Positions 58,210 through 64,000 of a stretch of DNA of 64,000 bases are shown one piece after another. How positions within the stretch are numbered: position 1 is the stretch's first letter; each line of letters begins with the position of its first letter. Both the position numbers and the translations under genes were made by a program. The notes under the pieces were generated by a model. The model was not told the origin of the DNA, did not search any database, and worked only from the letters and a program-made list of their open reading frames with translations. This DNA is from Candidatus Woesearchaeota archaeon (GTDB lineage Archaea > Nanobdellota > Nanobdellia > SCGC-AAA011-G17 > PNOQ01): assembly GCA_018652625.1 (NCBI GenBank), contig JABIBT010000018.1, forward strand, positions 4,566 to 68,565. The letters run 5' to 3'.

Positions 58210-58794
58210 TTAATTTCTATTGCGAACAAAATAATCTGTGGCGTTTACTACAGAACTATTCCCATTTAAACTAGAAAATTCATTAACTATATTCCATAAA
58301 AGAAACTTTTCCAAATTTACTCCTTTTTTATCTAAAAAACAAAGGGCAATAACATTTTGTCTCAATTCTTCTGGTAATTTGGATGGTTTCATCCCCCAAC
58401 CACACTCAACAAAGGAATATAGGATTTCTTTTGGACTTCCTCCAATGTATTCAATGGCATGTGCCTCTTCATGCATTCTAGTAAATAGTTCAAAATCTTC
58501 AAAATCATTCTTGTGATAGGCAATATGAGTAAATTGTTCTACATCTTCTCTTGTTTGACCGATTGATTTAAGGGAGAAGGTCACCCCGTGAGTAAAAAAA
58601 GAAGCATATTCTGGCAAATCAGCATCCAATCTTTCATTTATTGCGGATTCTTCCACTCCAAAGTCTAATGCCAATTTCCTATAATGGGATCTAAAATCAT
58701 CAACATAACCATCATCAGAATATTCTACAACAAATCCCTCTCTAGAAGGATTAGGTAATTCTAAATCCAGAGCTTTGAAATATAAATTTTCCAT
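58210..58794 (-). CDS. Hypothetical protein with HExxH motif
   Basis: RMHEEAHA followed by a downstream E. Confidence 0.55.
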   Translation of the reverse strand: MENLYFKALDLELPNPSREGFVVEYSDDGYVDDFRSHYRKLALDFGVEESAINERLDADLPEYASFFTHGVTFSLKSIGQTREDVEQFTHIAYHKNDFEDFELFTRMHEEAHAIEYIGGSPKEILYSFVECGWGMKPSKLPEELRQNVIALCFLDKKGVNLEKFLLWNIVNEFSSLNGNSSVVNATDYFVRNRN

Positions 58795-58826
58795 AAAAAA
58801 AGCAAAATTACACCACTTATAAAGCT

Positions 58827-59375
58827 TTATTTCTTAATTAAAGGCAAAGGATCTCTCCGATATTTTCCAAATTCATTAAAACTAATAACTTTTTGAGTAT
58901 CTAATCTTAAGGGCATCTCTGGTTTATCTTTAAAGTAACCAAAAGCAACTATGGCGTGCAAACTTATTTTTTCAGGTATTTTTAAAATAGCTCTAATTTT
59001 ATCTTCATCATAAGTACGAATCCAACAGCTACCTACTTTCATAGAATAAGCTTTTAACATCATGTTTTGAATTCCTGCAGCAGTATTTTGAATTCCAAAA
59101 AACTTGCCTTTTTCTTTGTAGGATATAACTAAATCAGAATCATCACTACAAACAGCAACCAAAAAATTACTTTCTACAACAGAGCTTTGACTATGACAAG
59201 CCTTATTCAATTTTCCATCATTCTTAAAAACAATCAATCTAAAGTTTTGAATATCTCCCGCACAAGGGGCATAAGTAAAACTTTCAAGAATTTCATTTAT
59301 TTTTTTCCAAGGAATATCTTTCTTTTTAAAATGTCGAATACTTCTTCTTTCTTTGATAATGTTATCAATATCCAT
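58827..59375 (-). CDS. Nitroreductase family protein
   Basis: IKERRSIRHF, AP-x-AG-x2-Q, QNMMLKA, GSCWI, AFGY. Confidence 0.9.
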   Translation of the reverse strand: MDIDNIIKERRSIRHFKKKDIPWKKINEILESFTYAPCAGDIQNFRLIVFKNDGKLNKACHSQSSVVESNFLVAVCSDDSDLVISYKEKGKFFGIQNTAAGIQNMMLKAYSMKVGSCWIRTYDEDKIRAILKIPEKISLHAIVAFGYFKDKPEMPLRLDTQKVISFNEFGKYRRDPLPLIKK

Positions 59376-59454
59376 GATAATAGATTCTACTAAGAACTTT
59401 TAAATGTTTTCATAGTAAACTTAATAAATACATAATCTTCTTACTTTTACACAA

Positions 59455-59528
59455 GGGGTCGTAGTATAAGCTGGTTAGTATGAGAGGCTCCAACCCTCTA
59501 GATCCCGGTTCAAATCCGGGCGACCTCA
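59455..59528 (+). tRNA. tRNA-Trp (CCA), intronless, 3' CCA not encoded
   Basis: Acceptor GGGGTCG/CGACCTC-A, anticodon arm AGAGG-CTCCAAC-CCTCT, T arm CCCGG-TTCAAAT-CCGGG. Confidence 0.95.
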
Positions 59529-60184
59529 TTTTTCTCAATCTTAAGTCTAGTCATGTTTCTTTCATTATTTGAGCCTATAATCTCAATCCAATTGTTCAAA
59601 GAGTCTGATCTTCTAATTACCAAATCACAGTTTCGAGGATTAGGACCTTTTTTACAAATATATGATCTTATTTCAATTTCTTCCAATTTATTTTTCAACT
59701 CAACTGCTAATTTTTTTAAACAAGCTATTTTAATCAAAGTATACTGATATTTATCTTGTTTCTGAAAAACAACGCAGCCATCTGTATCAAATAACCCGCG
59801 AATAAAACATACAAATAATTCATTTTGATTTAATATCCAATCTGGGATTTTAAGATCTAGTTTTGGTGAGTAAGGCACCTCTAATTCGTTATTAAGAAAT
59901 TCGCAGAGAGTTCTAGAACAAACCCGCACCCTAATAGTATTATCAGCAAGATGGCCAGATATTTTCACATTTCTCAATCCAAATAGTTTTTTCAATAATT
60001 CACCAAGATATTCAAAATAGACTTTATCTTTTTTCAAATTTCCATATAACCTAAGATGAAAACCTTTGCTTACCGAGTTATTCATAGAACCATCTCCAAA
60101 AATAGCACCAACAAGTTCTGCTAATTCTTTTGATCTATCTTCTGGTAAAACCAATCCATTTTTCTTATCCCATCTACGATTCAT
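59510..60184 (-). CDS. Free-standing two-motif LAGLIDADG endonuclease-like protein
   Basis: LAELVGAIFGDGS and FIRGLFDTDGC motifs; no intein splicing motifs at the ends. Confidence 0.85.
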   Translation of the reverse strand: MNRRWDKKNGLVLPEDRSKELAELVGAIFGDGSMNNSVSKGFHLRLYGNLKKDKVYFEYLGELLKKLFGLRNVKISGHLADNTIRVRVCSRTLCEFLNNELEVPYSPKLDLKIPDWILNQNELFVCFIRGLFDTDGCVVFQKQDKYQYTLIKIACLKKLAVELKNKLEEIEIRSYICKKGPNPRNCDLVIRRSDSLNNWIEIIGSNNERNMTRLKIEKNEVARI

Positions 60185-60223
60185 ACAACAACATCAATCA
60201 AAATAAGTATATAAATAATCTGT

Positions 60224-60245
60224 CCGTGCATGGCAAGCTGGCAAG
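60224..60245 (+). repeat. Dispersed 22-bp motif A, copy 3 (CCGTGCATGGCAAGCTGGCAAG)
   Basis: Between the divergent TATA boxes of the LAGLIDADG gene and trpS. Confidence 0.7.
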
Positions 60246-60285
60246 AAGAGTAACCTTTAAATAAGCTAATTCTAAAATTAACCTT

Positions 60286-61362
60286 ATGAAAATTACACCG
60301 TACAAAGTGGAAGGAGAAGTAGATTACAACAAAGTAATCAAAGAGTTTGGCGCCTCCAAAATAGATAGTTCTCTAAAGAAAAAATTCAAAAATATAAAAT
60401 TAATAGAAAAAGAGTACTTCTTCGCACATAGAGATTTAGATAAAATAACAAGTAAAAAGTTTGCAATTGTTTCTGGCCGTGGACCAAGCAATAAAATGCA
60501 CCTGGCCCATTTATTAAATTTCAAATTCGTAAAAGAAATGCAGGATAAATTTGACTGTTTTGTTTTCATACCCTTTTCAGACGATGAAAAATTCTTAGTA
60601 AATAGTAAACTAACTATGGAAGAAACACAAAAATTAGCTTATGATAATGCTTTAGATATAATAGCTCTAGGGTTTAATCCTAAAAAAACAGAATTCATGT
60701 TCGATTTTACAAATATTAATCAAGATTTTTACAACTTAACTATAAAATGTGCAAAGGCAACAACTTATGGTACAGTAAAAGCAGCATTAGGTCTAACAAA
60801 CGATAAAAATATAGGTCAATCTTTTTACACAGCCATACAAGCAGCACATATACTTTACCCAACTTACAAATACAAACTTCCTTCTTTGGTTGTAGTTGGA
60901 ATAGATCAAGATGTATTCATAAAATTATCAAGAGACATTGCACACAAATTAAAACTTGAAAAACCAAGTTCAGTAATGTCAAAATTCATGCCAGGACTCT
61001 TAGGAACAGCAAAGATGTCCTCTTCTAATGAATTATCTGCAATTTTCACAACAGATTCACAGAAAGATATTGAAAAGAAGTTAAAAAGAGCATTTTCTGG
61101 AGGAAAAGAAACTATAGAAGAGCATAGAAAGCATGGAGGAAATCCGGATGTGGACGTATGTTTCCAGTATCTTAACTTATTATTAGAAGAAAATGATAAA
61201 AAACTTGAAAAAATTCATAAAGATTACAAATCTGGCAAGATGCTGACTTCAGAATTAAAAGCCTACACAATAAAAAAAGCTCAGAAATTCTTAAAAGAGC
61301 ACCAAAAGAAAAGAGAAAAAGCTAAGAAACAGTTATCTAAGTTTGTAACTACTGCTAAATAA
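60286..61362 (+). CDS. trpS: Tryptophan--tRNA ligase (archaeal/eukaryal type)
   Basis: ITPY-x-V-x-G-x-VDY, GRGPS-x2-MHLAH, GIDQD, KMSSS, AFSGG, HRKHGGNPDVD. Confidence 0.95.
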   Translation: MKITPYKVEGEVDYNKVIKEFGASKIDSSLKKKFKNIKLIEKEYFFAHRDLDKITSKKFAIVSGRGPSNKMHLAHLLNFKFVKEMQDKFDCFVFIPFSDDEKFLVNSKLTMEETQKLAYDNALDIIALGFNPKKTEFMFDFTNINQDFYNLTIKCAKATTYGTVKAALGLTNDKNIGQSFYTAIQAAHILYPTYKYKLPSLVVVGIDQDVFIKLSRDIAHKLKLEKPSSVMSKFMPGLLGTAKMSSSNELSAIFTTDSQKDIEKKLKRAFSGGKETIEEHRKHGGNPDVDVCFQYLNLLLEENDKKLEKIHKDYKSGKMLTSELKAYTIKKAQKFLKEHQKKREKAKKQLSKFVTTAK

Positions 61363-61412
61363 TAAATATAGAAAACCTTATAAACCAATTTCTATTCAGA
61401 TTTTTACGTAAA

Positions 61413-62657
61413 ATGTTAGAAAAACTATTACAAAATAAAGTTATAAGAAGAGTGGCCTTACCCATCTTAGCAACTACTTTGTTAACAGCTTGCGCACCAA
61501 GTGCTCTAGCTTCAACTCAAAAACCAAAAACAAGTTTTAATACCCAAAAACCAAGTAGAAATTCAACAAGGCTTGAATCAAGATTAGAAACAGAATTAAA
61601 AGAAGATCCACATTATTTTTTTAATAATCCTTCAGCTCATGAAGGAAACATTGACATCACTTTATTTAAATTTGACAGAACAACAAAGAATCAATATAAG
61701 GTAACTACTAGGGTAACAACCAGCCCATCTGGAGAAGTCCTAAGAAGAGAATTGGTTAATAGGGAGCTAGTAGATTCTGATAGGGGAATATTAAGTGGAA
61801 GAATTCCAGTAGATGGAATAGAAATTAGAGTTTACCAAGAAAAAGGCAAAAAGGTAAGTGATCCATCAATATGGTTTGGGAATAGAGAAAGACAAAGAAT
61901 AAAAAGAACAGATGAAAATGGAAAAGTTAGTTTCTTTTATACTACTGAAAATGAAATATCAAGAGAAAAAGCAAAGAAAGCTACTTTTGATGTTTTAAGA
62001 AAAGATTATGTTTTAGGAACTACTGCTGAATTTTTTTCAGATCTAGAATTGATATTTGGTTCAACAGAAGGAGAATTTAATATTGAAGCAACAAATGAAG
62101 AGGGAGAGGTTCTAGCAACAAAGACCATTAATTTTATGGACCATAAACCTCGTAGTTATAGTCCAATTACAAGCAGGGCAGATAAAGCAATAAGGGCCAG
62201 ATTAGAAAATTATGTACAAGCTACTTTTAAAATGGAGAGAATAGCTGTTGAAGTTAGAGACTTAGAAACAGAATATCCATTAAGTGGAGCACTATTAGAA
62301 TTTAAACCAGTTGAACCATCGGTAAAAGGATTTTCAGATTTACAATATGAATTTTTAAGTAAATATCTAAAAAACCCAAGAGAACATAGCAGATTCTTAG
62401 TTCCTTTAGATCATATAGAAGGAGTTCACTTCATTAGAGAAAGAGATTCTACAAATTCTAGAGGGGTAGTATATGGAAAATCAATAGTGCCATGTTCATA
62501 TGAGGTAAGAGCAATGCATCCAGATTATGGACCTGTTAAAGGAGTTGTAAGATTTGACAAAAAGAGTTTAGAAAAAGAGATATTCTTGCCAAAACAAGCC
62601 CAAACAATAAGATTTAAATTTGGAAAAGGAAAGAAAGGACAAATAAGAGACAAGTAA
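61413..62657 (+). CDS. Exported lipoprotein-like protein with transthyretin/Cna-B-like beta domains
   Basis: LLTAC lipobox-like; TDENGKV, PLSGA, TNSRG and HPDY motifs. Confidence 0.6.
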   Translation: MLEKLLQNKVIRRVALPILATTLLTACAPSALASTQKPKTSFNTQKPSRNSTRLESRLETELKEDPHYFFNNPSAHEGNIDITLFKFDRTTKNQYKVTTRVTTSPSGEVLRRELVNRELVDSDRGILSGRIPVDGIEIRVYQEKGKKVSDPSIWFGNRERQRIKRTDENGKVSFFYTTENEISREKAKKATFDVLRKDYVLGTTAEFFSDLELIFGSTEGEFNIEATNEEGEVLATKTINFMDHKPRSYSPITSRADKAIRARLENYVQATFKMERIAVEVRDLETEYPLSGALLEFKPVEPSVKGFSDLQYEFLSKYLKNPREHSRFLVPLDHIEGVHFIRERDSTNSRGVVYGKSIVPCSYEVRAMHPDYGPVKGVVRFDKKSLEKEIFLPKQAQTIRFKFGKGKKGQIRDK

Positions 62658-62697
62658 TACCAAAACCTTTATAATTTTCTCTGATTAATTTACCAAT

Positions 62698-64000
62698 ATG
62701 GATTATTCTAAGCTAGTAAAATATTATCAAGAACTTGAAAAGACCACGAAAAGATTAGAAAAAACAAAAATTATAGCAGAACTTCTAAAAAAAACTCCAG
62801 ATGAACACTTAGAAAAAATTATTTTTTTATTAGAAGGGAGAATTTTTCCAAAATGGGATGAAAGGAAGACAGGAATTTCTTCAAGATTATTAATTAAAGC
62901 CATAAATTCATCTACAGGAGTACCCAATGAAAAAATTGAAAAAGAATGGGTAAAAAAAGGAGATCTTGGAGAAGTAGTTGAGGAATTAATCAAAACAAAA
63001 AAGCAAACAACATTATTCTCAAAGAAATTAACAATAACAAAAGTTTTCGAGAACATAAGAAAGCTATCAGAATTAGAAGGACAAGGAACAATTTCTAAAA
63101 AGATTCAGCTAATAACAGAACTATTTACTTCATCTACTCCGGAAGAGGCAAGATTCATAGCAAGAACAGTAATTGAAGATTTAAGAATAGGGGTAAAAGA
63201 AGGAGTAATCAGAGATGCAATTGTTTGGGCATTTCTTCCAAGAGTAAAGGGAATCAATGAAGAAGGTACAAAAACAAAACCAAAAAAAATAACAAAACTA
63301 AAAAATTCAGATTTAAAATTTAAGTTAATAGAAACAGAAGACCCAAGAAAAACATACAATGAATTATCATCAAAAGTAGAACATGCATATAATTTAACAA
63401 ATGATTATGCAGAAGTTGCTTTAGCTGCAAAGAAACACAAACTAAACAAATTATTTATGCAAGTCGGTAAACCAATAAACCCAATGCTAGCAATAAAAGC
63501 AGAATCTCCTGAAGATGCGTTCAAACATCTAGGAAAGCCAGCTTTATTAGAATATAAATTAGATGGGTTCAGATTACAGATTCATAAAAATGGAGACGAA
63601 ATAAAACTATTCACAAGAAGATTAGAAAATGTAACAAAACAATTTGAAGAAATAATGCCAACAATAAGATCACATGTGAAAGTAAAAAGCTGTATTTTAG
63701 ACTCAGAATTAGTTGGATTTGATCCAAAAACAAAACATTACCTCCCTTTCCAAAATATTTCAAAAAGAATAAAAAGAAAATATGATATAGGTAAAAAATC
63801 AAAAGAACTTCCTGTAGAGATAAATGTTTTTGATATAATTCAAAAAGACAATGAAACTTTAATAGATAAAACACAAGAAGAAAGAAGAAAGATATTAGAA
63901 AAAATAATTAAACAAGAAAAAACAAAAATTATACTAACAAAAAAGTTAGTAACTTCTTCAGAAAAAGAATTAAATAAATTTTACAAAGAATCACTAAAAA
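62698..64000 (+). CDS. lig: ATP-dependent DNA ligase, 3' truncated by window edge (absent from ORF track)
   Basis: Hand translation: MDYSKLV...TTKRLEK, GDLGEV, DLRIGV, PMLA, EYKLDGFRLQIHK (motif I), ILDSE, VFDI. Confidence 0.93.
   Translation, partial: MDYSKLVKYYQELEKTTKRLEKTKIIAELLKKTPDEHLEKIIFLLEGRIFPKWDERKTGISSRLLIKAINSSTGVPNEKIEKEWVKKGDLGEVVEELIKTKKQTTLFSKKLTITKVFENIRKLSELEGQGTISKKIQLITELFTSSTPEEARFIARTVIEDLRIGVKEGVIRDAIVWAFLPRVKGINEEGTKTKPKKITKLKNSDLKFKLIETEDPRKTYNELSSKVEHAYNLTNDYAEVALAAKKHKLNKLFMQVGKPINPMLAIKAESPEDAFKHLGKPALLEYKLDGFRLQIHKNGDEIKLFTRRLENVTKQFEEIMPTIRSHVKVKSCILDSELVGFDPKTKHYLPFQNISKRIKRKYDIGKKSKELPVEINVFDIIQKDNETLIDKTQEERRKILEKIIKQEKTKIILTKKLVTSSEKELNKFYKESLK

Noticed and set aside
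59510..60184. LAGLIDADG ORF as an intein or tRNA intron
   Set aside because: No N-terminal Cys/Ser or C-terminal His-Asn splice motifs, no host gene, and the tRNA is uninterrupted.
443..63874. Numerous 60-150 aa ORFs antisense to or nested in long genes (for example 4590-4886, 17420-17848, 62727-63056)
   Set aside because: Shadow ORFs of A-rich coding strands with Phe/Leu/Ser-biased composition and no motifs.

Overview
An AT-rich, tightly packed archaeal chromosomal segment, most likely from a DPANN (Woesearchaeota/Pacearchaeota-like) genome. This placement is inferred from GatD/GatE, an ATP-dependent DNA ligase, TrmB/Lrp regulators, BRE-TATA promoters 20-30 nt from mostly leaderless starts, a shortened GatE and a class II LysRS. 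Housekeeping genes (cysS, lysS, trpS, gatD, gatE, tldD, tldE/pmbA, XPD-like helicase, dhs, speB, ftsZ, lig, tRNA-Trp) alternate with small accessory modules. Main observations: (1) a four-gene overlapping operon at 45086-48698 encoding a divergent SAM hydrolase/halogenase-fold protein, a MoaA-like radical SAM enzyme without the auxiliary cluster, an alpha/beta hydrolase and a collapsed ValRS/IleRS-like protein with neither HIGH nor KMSKS intact; (2) a 2767-aa surface protein with cytoplasmic N- and C-terminal modules, adjacent to a KaiC-like ATPase and a small paralog of its own C-terminus; (3) two dispersed non-coding motif families (22 bp and 28 bp), several copies at core/accessory junctions; (4) a mosaic partial duplication of dhs, an ArmA/Rmt-like rRNA methyltransferase, a LAGLIDADG gene ending inside tRNA-Trp, and a structured region upstream of ftsZ. 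No CRISPR array, rRNA, integrase or transposase was seen. All family calls come from motif recognition by eye, not from database searches.
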